A stretch of 62,905 nucleotides of DNA, filler included, from Rhabdomonas costata (taxonomy: Eukaryota), in assembly GCA_019059605.1 (NCBI GenBank). It is 45 parts of 45 records of this genome, joined end to end, with 100 filler letters (N's around TTAATTAATTAA, not from the genome) between each part and the next. Parts side by side here need not be neighbours in the genome. Positions count along the whole stretch, not along the records: positions 12,604 to 13,904 come from JAHMHO010020102.1; positions 14,005 to 15,303 come from JAHMHO010020103.1; positions 15,404 to 16,704 come from JAHMHO010020104.1; positions 16,805 to 18,105 come from JAHMHO010020105.1; positions 18,206 to 19,506 come from JAHMHO010020106.1; positions 19,607 to 20,907 come from JAHMHO010020107.1; positions 21,008 to 22,308 come from JAHMHO010020108.1; positions 22,409 to 23,709 come from JAHMHO010020109.1; 37 more parts are not named here. The stretch is one strand, 5' to 3'. The position numbers were made by a program, and so were the translations under genes. Below, piece by piece: positions 12,955 to 25,480 of the stretch; the stretch's first letter is position 1, and each line of letters opens with the position of its first letter. The notes beneath the pieces are model-generated. The model worked only from the letters and a program-made list of their open reading frames with translations, was not told where the DNA came from and did not search any database.

Positions 12955-13669
12955 CAGCCCATCTCCATCTCGGTCCATCTGGCGGAAAACATCGTTCAGC
13001 TGGTCTTCGCTGAGCTCTGTGGATGGGAAGGGCAAAATGACTGTCACAGTGGGCCACAAGAAAGGACAGCGAAGGTAAGAGTGAGTCCCATCGCCTTCGC
13101 CGAAGCTGAGACACACAGAGAAATAGAGAGAGAGAGAGAGAGAGAGCAATCTTGGTTCAACAAAGCGAAGTGTGTGTAGATGTCTCCGTCCCAACTCCAG
13201 CAATCGCAATTCACAGAGGCTGAGGACCCGAGAAATGAAGCAGACAAGTCGGAAAAAGATTAAAATGGCATGCCCGTGAGCGAGGGACGTCTTGGGAAAT
13301 CTTGCACACACTCCAAAGCAACTGTCGCTGGCCGCAAGAAGCGCTGCATCTGGAACCACAGCGGGATTCATTCGTTCATTCACATCATTGCGGGTCGGAA
13401 TCTCAACCCGCAGCACGCAGCCACGGCAACGAGTCGGACGCTGGACTGGATGGTGCACAAGGGGCAAGTAACGTGTGAAGGTGCGCTTTGTGCTGGAGCG
13501 TACCGACGAAGATGGTGCGGTATAGGCGGTCCACTTCCAGGATGGTCACAAAGCCGTCGCCGTCAATGTCAATGGCGCGGAACTTCTTGCGGAAGTTCTC
13601 CAGCTGCTCCTCCGTGAGATGCTCACGTTGGGACTCCGGGGTGTAGTCCCGGGAACTCGACGCGATGCC
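12955..13669 (-). CDS. EF-hand calcium-binding protein, exons 13669-13504 and 13016-12955
   Basis: FRAIDIDGDGFVTILE and FRQMDRDGDGL loops, joined in frame by a GT-AG intron. Confidence 0.85.
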
Positions 13670-14314
13670 CTGCACGCGATAGAGAAGTCCTCCGGCAACC
13701 CACACAGGGCCCATACTCATGGGACATAAACCTTGGAGCTATGTATCGCTCCAATCCACAGTGACTGAGAAAGGATATGCGATATTACGAGAGAATCGCG
13801 AAAAATAAGACTCATCCTATCTTGATGATCTGAACCCTATGGCGACGGGGGGGGGGTCACAAACATCGCACATGCGACAATCGAATATGCAAAGAACAAC
13901 CACCNNNNNNNNNNNNNNNNNNNNNNNNNNNNNNNNNNNNNNNNNNNNTTAATTAATTAANNNNNNNNNNNNNNNNNNNNNNNNNNNNNNNNNNNNNNNN
14001 NNNNGGTGCAGTCCCGTCGGTGGAAAATGTCACCGGAATTTGTGAGAAGCAGTGCAGTAGCCTTGACCGCGTCTGCCTTTTTCTTATGTGCAAATGGTTA
14101 GTGCCACATGCAGTCACGCCCATGCCGTTTTTTGCAGTCAGAAATTTGGGCCATTTTCGTTTGCTTGTCGAGGAAAGAAAAGGCACCAGCGCCGGCAGTG
14201 GTCACTACCGACGGTGGTCTGCTCGTCCTTTGTTGAACGTTTTGAGTCCATCATACTCCTTTTGCTCGGGTTGTTAAAGGTCCTGCCCAACTCTTGCGCT
14301 TATTATTTGCGTAG

Positions 14315-15143
14315 GCCCAGTTGGCGGCTCACGTTCTTGGAAAACTGGCGAGAATGGGGGGTGCTCTTGCCACCGACGTGGTTGAATCTGAGGCGAAGCG
14401 GGCCCTGGAGTGGCTGATTTCCGGAAAAGACGTGATGAATAGAAGGTCATTTTCCCCAGACTAACTAAGATTCTTCAGACAAACAAGCCAAGAACTGGAC
14501 TCTTTCCTCCTGCTTTTGCGTTGCTTTTTCATTTCTGTCCCTTAGCTTTGTGAAGCCCTTGGGGCTCGTCAACATTTGCGTCACTATCGTTTTCCTTTTT
14601 GGCTCGGGGACTTGTGTGATTGTCTGTTGTCGCGTGTGTACGTTTGTGCGATGAAAAGACGGATCGCTTTCATAATTTGCGATCGTTATAAAACTGATGA
14701 ATGCGAACGCCATCGTCTTTTCAGGTGTAAGGAGCAATTCCTAATCCAAAAATGCTCGAAATGAAATTCTCAGAACGAGCGAATTCATAGCATCCTCGAT
14801 TGGGAATTGCATGTTCAAAACGCCACGGCAAAACGTCAAAAACCAACAAAGGGGTTAATTTAGACCGGGGGGGGGGCGTTTTTATAGTGCCATCGCATCT
14901 CCATTTTGCTTTCTGCATTGCAGATACTGTGCGCTGCTCATCTTGCGGGAGCTCACCCAGAGCGTGCCTTCTCTGCTGTTTCAGCGGGTGGAGCAGTTTC
15001 TTGAGGCCGTCTGGACAGCTCTACGGGACCCCAGCCTGGCCATGCGAGAGGCTGCGGTGTTGGCCCTGCGAGCCTACCTTGTAGTGATCGCGGACCGCGA
15101 CAGCCCGCTACGCCCCAGCCTCTACGACCGAATCTATCACAAC
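14315..15143 (+). CDS. TOR: Target of rapamycin kinase, N-terminal HEAT region (exons 14315-14445, 14924-15143)
   Basis: The spliced product LGKLARMGGALATDVVESEAKRALEWL...RRYCALLILREL...VWTALRDPSLAMREAAVLALRAYL matches the TOR N-terminus (mTOR EVKRALEWL...AAVLVLREL...DPKQAIREGAVAALRA). Confidence 0.9.
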
Positions 15144-15637
15144 GTAAAAACGTTTCTCCATTCCCTTCATGATTAGTGCCTGTTTTCGCAGGGGATAGCC
15201 TGTTTTATGATGATTTTGATGATATGCGCCCTACAACACTTCATGGAAGGTTTGCCCAAAAATTTATGATGAAGTGTTGTAGGGCGCATATCACCAAACC
15301 AACNNNNNNNNNNNNNNNNNNNNNNNNNNNNNNNNNNNNNNNNNNNNTTAATTAATTAANNNNNNNNNNNNNNNNNNNNNNNNNNNNNNNNNNNNNNNNN
15401 NNNGTGGTGTGGTTTAACAATATATTATTGTGTCCTTTCTGCGACCAGAAACTGATCGACATCCATATTGGGAGCATTTCTTTTTCCGAAAGTGCGTTTG
15501 TCTTGCTGGCTGAAGCTCGCCCGTCATATCTGGAGGGTGCCGTTCCGAAACTCACCTTCCTTTGGAAGAAACGACCTTTTTCAGAGGAATCTTTTTCTGG
15601 AATAGTTCTCCTTATGTTCTGTTGTCATTCACTCTCC

Positions 15638-16539
15638 ACGGCAGAATAATCATTTGCAAACAAGATCGTCTTGCTGTTTTATTCTGTTTTGTGGTGACGG
15701 AGTTTAAGAAGCTTATTTCTGAGCTGGACCGTTTGGAGGGCTTTATGGCCCAACTGGAGGCGGGTACGTTGGAGCCCGACCAGCAGCTCCACGGACTGGG
15801 CTGCGCCCAGGCTGCCGCAGAGGAGCTGCGGACACGACTTCCTAAGTACCGAGCCAAGGCCGAGGAGACGGACCCTGAGAAACGCGTTTTTGGGGATGCC
15901 ATGGTGGCCAAAGTCCGCGATGCCGTGACCCGCTTAGAGGCCAAGGCGCACCGTGGGGTGGATATACAACAGGGCATTGACATTTCACGGAAGTGGAGAG
16001 ATTATCCTTTTGCGGGTTTTCTTCAGTATTAGTTGTTTATACTTGTTTTATTCTGCTGTTTCTTCAAAATTCTGTGACATTCTGTGAATAATACTATTAC
16101 TCACAATGCAAGTCCTGCTATGGTTTATCCTATTTTTATGCTACAGGTCCAGAAAACAAGATTCTTCCTGTTTACGGGTTTGCACAGTAGTCCTCTTGTA
16201 GGGTTTATCTTGCCGCGCTGTAAGTAGTTTCACGTGGTAGGCGCCTTATTCGGTTAGTTGTTTCCTGAGCTGTTCGTGTCCTAGCCAAGACTGCCGTCAG
16301 TCTGTATATCCTTCCCGGATCTGAGATTGCGGTGCACTTTTGTCCTGGTTTGATTTGAGCATGTGGAGAGTGAGCTTCCGCGGTGGGCAGAGCGGGTGCT
16401 GGCGGAGGCGGAGCCCGTGGTGCGCGCCCGGCAACAGGAGGAGGACCGTCGGAGGGCTGCGGAGACGGAGCAGAGGCAGGCTGAGGAGGAGGCGCGGCGG
16501 CTGGAGGCGCAGCGGAAGGCTGACGCGGAGGATTTGGAG
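15638..16539 (+). CDS. Uncharacterised helical/coiled-coil protein, 5' exons; the ATG is split by a non-conventional intron
   Basis: MVTEFKKLISELDRLEG...VTRLEAK / HVESELPRWAERV...EDLE followed by a GT donor. Coding-like GC3 bias. Confidence 0.7.
15639..15691 (+). other. Euglenid-type non-conventional intron (53 nt)
   Basis: No GT/AG ends. CAG at +4..+6 and CTG at -8..-6. cagaataa pairs with ttattctg, with an inner caaga/tcttg stem. Excision yields an in-frame ATG. Confidence 0.7.
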
Positions 16540-17259
16540 GTTTGTGTTAGTGGTGATCTGTTATGGGTCTTCTCAGTGTGTGGTAGTGAGGTGGCTTGCG
16601 CGCTGTTGATCGTACACTGTGGTTGCGGGTTACATGGGAAGGGTGGACAAGGGAGGGATGAATCATGCTGAGACGGGCATTTGGCACTGGCACGTTGCCG
16701 GAGGNNNNNNNNNNNNNNNNNNNNNNNNNNNNNNNNNNNNNNNNNNNNTTAATTAATTAANNNNNNNNNNNNNNNNNNNNNNNNNNNNNNNNNNNNNNNN
16801 NNNNGGGGTGTGGGGCGCTGGATGATACAACTGGTGCGAGTCGTCTTGGAGCTCTGACTATTCGATGACACGCATTCTGCACTGTGCACTGTGTGCCTAG
16901 TTCATGTGTGTCCATGTGTGTGTTGGGCGCATTGGTTGTTGCCTGGCGGGCCGTTGGCGACCGATGACGACTGACGGGGTCACGCACTGTTGGCCACATT
17001 TGATTTTTCCAGTGGCAACCCGTGCTGCTCATTGCTGCTCAGGTTTCTGAGGTTCCTCGTTCTTTGGGTGGCTGGGACCTTCTTGAAACGCACCAGAGGT
17101 ATTCGTGCTTGCCACCCTAATGTTCTGGTACGTGCGCGCGCGCGTGTGCATTTGTGTGATGTACACGTCACCCTTCTGGAACCCTTCAGTGACGTCCAAA
17201 ATCTCCGTCTATGAATCCATCTGAGCCACACGACTGTCGCCTATCCTACCACAAAAAAG

Positions 17260-17388
17260 CCAGCACACCGACTTCTTCTTCTTCAGCGACAGCTTCTTGG
17301 TGACCACGGGCGGGGGCACCGCCTCTACTGTGGTGGTGGTGGTCACGGTGGCAACCCCCGTGGCGCCGCGAACAGCCTCCGCTGACAT
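17260..17388 (-). CDS. Possible PP1 inhibitor-3 (Ypi1/PPP1R11-like) first exon
   Basis: MSAEAV...TVTTTTTVE...KLSLKKKKSV(xW): a Thr-rich leader followed by a basic RVxF-type motif. The downstream DNE motif is not seen. Confidence 0.45.
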
Positions 17389-18244
17389 CCTCGATGCGTG
17401 CAACCAAAAGTTGGAAATCTCTTTCTCTGTCTTCTTTCTCTTGAGCAAACTTGAAAGCCGGATAGATGCTGCTAGGTGGAGACACTCAACAGGGCACTCA
17501 ACACTACAGTGAACGGGTTCCCCATGGCACCTCCCCCTCCCTGTGACAGATGGCTTGGAGTGTTGAGCACCCGGTAACTATCAACGAGCCAGGCAGCAGC
17601 CCGCGCGTCAGCCTGCAATGCCCTCAACACATCCCGTCCGTCCGTACATAGACGCGCCACAGGCGTGTGCGACAACTACAGCCCTATTTTCTAGTTCTCA
17701 CTGCTGGGTTGACTCAATTGAAGCCGACTTGAGCTTGTAGGGATTTACAACAGAATACTTCGTCATGCGGTGTCTGAAGCGATCAGAGGAAATTGCGTTC
17801 CCATATGCCCGCGGAATTCATAATACCCTAACCAGTCACTTACTGCTTGCGGATGTGTGCCATCTTAGGCACCTGCTCGTTGCTCAGCGCCAGAAGACAT
17901 CCCCGGAAGATATCTCCCGCACATTCTTACAAACCGATTGATATGGTGGTACCAAACCTTAAGTTCACTTCTGTTCAGCGTGCGTCCCTTGGCGCGCCAC
18001 GCCAGTGTGCACCAAAGAAATCATCACAGCGATGCTCTATGCCCAAGCTGCCATTAAAAAAGAACTTCAGGCCCGCAGTGACGAGCGGGAGAGGTCCCAC
18101 AACTCNNNNNNNNNNNNNNNNNNNNNNNNNNNNNNNNNNNNNNNNNNNNTTAATTAATTAANNNNNNNNNNNNNNNNNNNNNNNNNNNNNNNNNNNNNNN
18201 NNNNNGGCATGCCTTGTAAAACAAGGCGCATCGAGGAAGAATAA

Positions 18245-19506
18245 TATGCCGCCGAAGAGGGGCCTTTTCGGATATCTCCACGTCACGCCAAGGGCAATGC
18301 TTCAAGAAACAAGCGTTCCCCCATTCCTTCGGAATACCATATTGTCTGTTTGGTCGTTGACCATTGTTGCTTTTTGGCTGAAGAAAACCTGTGCAAGTTA
18401 ATTGAGGATTGGCTTGTTCCAATGGCCCCTCATTACGTCAATATCAAGCTGATGTTCACCCACAAGTTTCGCGCGGGTGCGACTAAGTGCCGGCTGGAGC
18501 CATTTCTGAAGCTAAAAAACACGTTCCAGTACGAGGGGTTTTTTGAGCGTCTGTATCACGACTTGGATGAGACTAATTGGACAGAAGCGCTCGAGGTCAT
18601 CGATGAGGAGCTGGCCACAATCGGTTCGTCTTCTAGGGAGGCATACCTCGGAGATTTTAAGGTCAAACCTGTGTCCATTTCTTGCATTACGGATCTCTGC
18701 TTGCCTGTGCTTGGTGAAGGCATTGTGACCGCTATTGATCGGATGCCCCAGAGCGACGGCTTGTTCTCTCATTATGTTGTTTTTCGGGGGACCCCGCAAA
18801 TCTTTGTAATTGACGGCAAGTCTTACCGCGCATCTGTGGTTAAGTTCGATCACAACGGAGATGCCAGGGCTCTGGATGCTGCTGTCGATATTTGCCTGGA
18901 TCCATCAGCTAACTACGTTCCCAGTCGACGTCAAGAATTAAATCCTCAGATGGACAGTTTTTCACCCATTCTCGGCGAAACGCATTCAGAGCTTGTTCAG
19001 CAACAGACCCACAAGCTGCTTGAGGAGGCCCGCCGTGCGCGCCTCAGTTGCTGCGTTGCCATGACTTCATTACTTTCTCGCTTTCGCAACAACCTTGTGG
19101 TAAACAAGGACCGTCTGGTGCAGTACCAACCCATTTTGCAGCGCATCGCTTGCGGTATTCTTGAAATAGTCCATGCTGTCTCAACACCCTTTCCCATTGC
19201 ACGTCGGCTTAGTACCGCTGTGGCGAGCGTTTTGGGTGAGATGAACATGTTTGCGACGGTGCCGTTTTCTGGTTCATGGTTCGCGGCTTTTCAGCGCCTG
19301 CAACACGCTCGAGCCATTCACCGTCGTGTCTTAGCAGCAGCTCGCGATGTGCGTTTCGGTCAGAAGACTGAGGAGGCGGTTAGCAAAATGCTGTTGTCCA
19401 GTGATCTTCTTGGAATTGGTATCCGTGTTCTGCGCACGTCTGCCTCTCAGGTCGAGCCCTGGCTCACAGTTGTCGAATACGTTTCCCCTCCTTCAACAAA
19501 CCCCCC
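18245..19506 (+). CDS. Long intronless ORF of unknown function (about 420 codons, 3' end open)
   Basis: One frame is open from just after a TAA at 18242-18244 to the contig end. No recognisable motif. Confidence 0.65.
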
Positions 19507-22500
19507 NNNNNNNNNNNNNNNNNNNNNNNNNNNNNNNNNNNNNNNNNNNNTTAATTAATTAANNNNNNNNNNNNNNNNNNNNNNNNNNNNNNNNNNNNNN
19601 NNNNNNGTGTGTTTTTTATTCCTTCCCAGTGCAACTGTTGTGTGAGCCCTGTTTTGCTGTCTTCTTATTATTTGCATTTGTCATTACTACCACGCGCGTG
19701 CGCAAGCGCTCTTTGTACACTCAACCCTCACCGCTCTTTCACACCGGCACTCACCAAACCCGCCGGTGTCTTCCCAGGCGTACGTGGCTCCTTCAATCGC
19801 AGAGGCATGTCCCTGGAAAGCCCCACTGTGACCCGTGCCACTGACCCGTGCCTGCTGTCCACCCCGAGGCGCCTGGAGCTGCTAATCAAGGATGTCGTGG
19901 TGAGCCTGCTGGGCGCCACGGCCAAGCCTGCCATGGAGGACCTCGCAAGCTCCCCGCAGCTCTCTGTTGGGTGCGTGGCAGAGCATCCTCTCCTGTGCTC
20001 TGCCCAGCCCCCGCTGGCGAGGTGCGGCCGGCAGGTCCTGGTCAGCAGCGGGCTGAGCTACATCGGTGTCTGGGGCGTGCGTGAGCAGGCGCCGTAGAAT
20101 TCATGTCAAGTTCTCATTAGGCCTACAATGCCAACCAACACTGTTCTATAGCTTGGTCCACGACACAGGTACAGAGAAGCACGAAACAGCGCCACGAAAC
20201 CGGGAGTGGGAGAAACGGGTGTTTCCTTTACAAGGAGAGATGTGCGCAGGGAGGAAAACCAACGTGAGGGGGGGGCAAACACAAGACATCCCCCCGCCAA
20301 CCAACTGCTGCCCTCAACGAACGACCTGAAGTGCTGCCATATGGTGCAATGTACAGTTCTCATTATATTGGGACTTTCTATTCAGTGTCGACGATTTGGA
20401 TGGATGGAAGGATGGAAAAGGAGAGCCTGCGAATTGGGATTACTCCCCCGCTGGTTCATGGTGAATGCACAGTCAGGAGCGTTCGATGATACTCGTTGAG
20501 GAATAGGAAGTTTCACACGTGGTCGATGGTGATAGTGACAGTGATGGTGATTGGGCGATGATAGTGATAGTGATCATGACAGTAATAGTGGTAGTGACAG
20601 GTGGAGTGATGACTACCCCAGTGGTAAGTGGTTGGTTGTCTCAATGCACCATGACCAATGAAGAGCTCTGGTTAATCCTCTCTCTCTCCTGTATGAAATT
20701 GGAGTTTTCATTGGAGCCCCATGATTTGTGTTTCAGCGCTTTGGTCGCCACGTGTACATACACGTGTGGTTGTCCTTGTGAGTGTGAAGTGTACGGAATA
20801 GGTGGGGATTTATCCAGTGATTCAACCCCATCTAAACTGATAGAAACTGATAGACCATCATCATCATTATCAAAAGCCCATCGTGGGCGGAACGGAACCC
20901 ACCCACANNNNNNNNNNNNNNNNNNNNNNNNNNNNNNNNNNNNNNNNNNNNTTAATTAATTAANNNNNNNNNNNNNNNNNNNNNNNNNNNNNNNNNNNNN
21001 NNNNNNNAAAGGCAAAGGCAGCAAGGGGGCACCAAGTCACTGGAAGCAGCCTCTAGCTTCTCCTCATCACCACACAAAGTTTCCAAGTCAAATAAAGAAA
21101 ACATGGCTGCAGGATGAAGAAAACAACACCCCCTCTCCTAACTCCACATGATAAAAATACTTGAATTCCTTGGCCGGTCAAGTAGACCGCTGCCATATCT
21201 TTATACTATAACGATATTATAGCGTATAATACCATTATACGGCCCCTATAATACCATATAATACCACTGTAATGAAATTATAGTATAATGGTATAGCCAT
21301 TGCGTTCCCGTCCCCTTTCTGCTCTTTGCTTCGTATGCCGTTTCCAACAACGACCGTCATTCGGTTGACGACCGGTTGTCATTGTTCAATTGCCGTCTTT
21401 GCAGCCGCCTTTTCCTGCTCGGAAATTCCTTTTTTACGGTGCGCACACAGCTCCCCTCCCAGGAATTTTGCCGACAGCGAGCCTCGCCTCCCGGCTCAGT
21501 TGCAGTGAGGTGTGGTTGTTGATTTGTGGGTGGCTGGCTTTCTGCGGGTGTTATTGCGAAACGTTTCAAGTTCTGTTTCGTGGATTCCCACTGACTCCAA
21601 GTTTTACGGGTCTAAATGCGAGAAATGCGAAGCTGTGGAAAACATTACAATCTCAAAAGTTAAAAGGGGGAGGGGGGACGAAATGCGAAGCCGAGTTTTT
21701 AATCCGAATTTTTGCGAATTTTCGCGATTTTAAGGAGCCAAGTACAAAACAACAATTAAAGAGTGAGAGAGAGGCCAGAATTTTTTTCCTGACATTGGGG
21801 CTTCCACTGATGCTGAGGTGGTGGTTTGAGCGTCCCGCACAAACGCAGGTCGGGGTTTCGTCTCATCCTTTCTTCCAGTCCAGTGCTGCAGAACTGTTCA
21901 GCAACAGAGAAACAGAGAAAGAGCAACAGAGAAACAACATCATGGGAAAATGGTGAATGTGTTGTATGTTGCGTTGGGAGGGCTTTCCACGCTTTTCTTT
22001 GGTTTTAATGACATCAAGTTACGATTTCATTGAAATTTGATGAAAGACAGAGTCAAAATGACATCTAAGAACGCATGACTCTGTCTGACGCCTTTGTCTG
22101 CGTGGACACTTTGCTGTGTGCTTTTGTGCCCAGCCGAGCTTCGGGAAGCCCCTTGGAATTGAACCCCTCGCAGACGTCTCAGAGAACTCTGTCCTCCGCG
22201 GGGGCGGGCCCTCGCCCCACCACGACGGAAAGCTCCCGCAACCAAACTGACGCAGCTGTCTTGCAGGCATGAGAGTTGCTTTGGAGTTATGAATCCAACG
22301 TGAAAGTTNNNNNNNNNNNNNNNNNNNNNNNNNNNNNNNNNNNNNNNNNNNNTTAATTAATTAANNNNNNNNNNNNNNNNNNNNNNNNNNNNNNNNNNNN
22401 NNNNNNNNGGTTGGTTGGTCGACATTGAGAAAAGTTACAAACAGAAGCGATGCAGCGGAGGGGGTAGGGGGTGGTCACGATGATAGACGTGAATCAATGG

Positions 22501-25301
22501 AACATATGCACATACGGATTAAAGGACGTCAATGCCAGCTTTCTGTGAAACAAAGAACACACTTCTTAACTACTAAACAAGGGTTAAACTGTTGCTGTTT
22601 TGGTGTCTGTGTTTTTTTGTGCGTGATGCGTGCAACAGGGTTTCCCCCTGGGGTGTTCCAGAACATGCCCATTGCGGGCTCCCAGGTCGACAAGGTTTGC
22701 ATGTGTGCATGGCAAAGCGTATCTTACCCCCTGTGCTGAGGTGGAGCAAACTGTGCGGGGCGTGTGGCAAAGAAAGCGAGACCACGTGACAAAACTCATT
22801 TTAAAAAGATTTTCAAAAGGATCTTTTCCATGATGATCCTGAGGCACAGTCCTCCCCCTGAAATTCCTCTTGCACCATGACCTTTCCTTTTTCAAAGGTG
22901 AGGTCTCCCAGAAGACCCCAGAAATCGGCCATGAATTGCACAAAAATAGCCAAACTTATGCAAAATTAAGCAAAATTAGGCGAATTTGCGCTTACATAGC
23001 ATCTGTAATTCAATCCCCCCTCATCCCCGGAAAAGTCAAGTGTTGAGATAGGTCTACAGTATCTGCGCGTTGTTTGTTGAATCATAAGGGGAAGAGGGGA
23101 CAAAAGGTGCCCAATTTGTGCGGGTAATTGATGTGAACCTTTTGCGGTCGGAACCTTGGAAGTTTTGGAAATCCCGTCTCCACGCATGCAATCGATTTCT
23201 CGCACACGCTCCACCGTCTGCTGTGCGATGTTGAGATTCTTTCCCTGTCCTTCAGTCTGCGCGTTGTGTGAGAGTTTGGTTGTGCAACGCTCAGGTGCTG
23301 CACCACCCTCTGATCCGAGCCGTGTCGATCACGGGAAGCACGCCCGTAGGGCGGCACATCGGTGAGGTCGCGGGGAAGCTCCTGAAGAAGGTGGGCGGTG
23401 GGCGTTCTCTCTCAATGCGTCGCAGTGGTGTTGGTAGATTCTTGTGACACTTCCGTTCCTTTTTCAGGAAATCCGGCAATTGGTGTTGTGTTAGCAGTTT
23501 TTCTGGTTGGCAGGAGTGCGGAGACTTTTTAGGTTTCAAAGTGCTTTCACGCGGTGAGGAAACCATAAGAAGAGGAACGAAGAGCTTACTTTTAGGGGTC
23601 CTCAGCGGACTCCACTGCCGGCCCAGCAGAGACGCAGTATGCAGCGGCCTTCCCTCTACCTCCTGAAGTCATTGTTGAGTGAATAATCAATAGTTTTCGA
23701 ACAAACACANNNNNNNNNNNNNNNNNNNNNNNNNNNNNNNNNNNNNNNNNNNNTTAATTAATTAANNNNNNNNNNNNNNNNNNNNNNNNNNNNNNNNNNN
23801 NNNNNNNNNGGGGGTGGTGTATTGGTCCTGCATTCTGCATTCCTCTGTTTTGCTGCCATTTTGTGCGGGCGTGACCACGAAGGTTTTTTCTTGCCGAACA
23901 AACCGTCTTTTGTTTTACAATCTCAGACTGACGCAGAAGGCTGGTTCCGGCTCAGGAGTGTCAGACGTCGAAGAACTCACTTGGTTTTGGAGGCTAGCAG
24001 CCTCCGCGCAACTACACTCCTCCTCTCTGGTGTGGGTTTTCCCTCAATTTCTTGACTTGAACATCTTGTCGAAAGATTTCCTCGCTTGTGGAGCATTCAA
24101 CCCAAAGTTGCAGTATTTTGCAGCATTTTTCTGTTCGCTAGAACTTTTTAGGCGTGTTTTTTTGGACTCATGACGGTTTCCACTTGGCGCGCATGCGCAG
24201 ACTTTAGTGGCCACAGCAGACGAAGTTGTGCGCTGCTTGGAGACCACTGCGAAGGAGAAGCTGAGCTGCTCAGTCCGGTTTGCACACCTTTTGTTCAGGC
24301 TGGTTTGTTGTTCGATTGTTTTTGAGCGTGAATCCTACTTAATTTCAACATTACTCGTGCACATCAAACGAAAGACGAACGAAGTTCGCGCACTGCCCGG
24401 TGTGAAGGCTGCCAACTTGCGATTCAAGGGTCCACTCCTTCAGTACGTGCGACGCCTCCCGGTCTGCTGCGCTTCCTGGGACATGGTTGTGGTGGATAGT
24501 AATGACAGGAGTAATGACTTGCCCCTACCTATCCCTTCAGTGGGCGCGTCTTTGATCTGCTGCGGCGAGTGCTTGCGCTCTTGTGCCTTCGCTCTGGGGA
24601 TGCTCCTTCTCCGGAGGATAAGGTCGCGTTGGAGTCCTGTGCCCGGCGTGGGCTGCGGGCTTTGGTGAACGTCACCCTGACTTTTGGCTGCGAAGGATGG
24701 GGTGCTGCAGCTGGGGAGGCAGATCAACCGGACGACGAATCGGAGCTTGTCAATCTAGTGCTTTACCTGGGTACGCCTGCTTTCACTGGACGTTTGGTGC
24801 TTTCCCTCAAGTGTGGCAGCGCCATGAGGCAGAAATATTGGAAAAAATAACGAAGGTATGACTCTAGGTGGGTAGAAGTCTGACACGCGGAGCACCTTAT
24901 TAACGTCAAGCACAAAATCTGGTGTTCCCTGTGCCAAGGTTTAACACTCTTTCTTTTTGTCATACTGTTCTTTGTCCTTTTGTTTCATATTACATACATT
25001 TTTGTGCCATACATGCCCTTCGGCACCGTGCTTCGGGCCTCTTACGGAAAATATCCGGCAGATTTAGGTGATAAAATGTTGCAAAGGCATAAAGGAATTT
25101 CACAAACCCCNNNNNNNNNNNNNNNNNNNNNNNNNNNNNNNNNNNNNNNNNNNNTTAATTAATTAANNNNNNNNNNNNNNNNNNNNNNNNNNNNNNNNNN
25201 NNNNNNNNNNGTTTGTGTGTGAAAAGTTATGATCAGGCTTTGGTGCCACCTCCCGCGCGCTTGGGTCAACTGTTCTCCCATTTTTTAGGTACTTCTCTTC
25301 T

Positions 25302-25480
25302 CAAGCCCTATTCCGCCTGGCAAAGCCAACCAAGGTCATGCGGCATTGTACAGCCTGGGCAGCTTTTGCGAGACTTCGATGGGGTTGGCAAGTTCGATGG
25401 GGAGGGCGGTGGAGTTGTATTGGAAGGCGACCAAGCAGGGCCACGCAGGCTCGAGACGCAGTCCCCTCCTCGGGGAGCGT
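25302..25480 (+). pseudogene. Degenerate Sel1-like repeats
   Basis: LFRLA..ANQGH / ALYSLGSFCETSMGLASSMGRAVELYWKATKQGHAG resembles SEL1 repeats, with substitutions and a frame break. Confidence 0.55.

Noticed and set aside
15220-15293. Perfect 25-bp inverted repeat (pre-miRNA or MITE-like)
   Set aside because: It sits at the contig end like several others and is most likely a library or read fold-back artefact.
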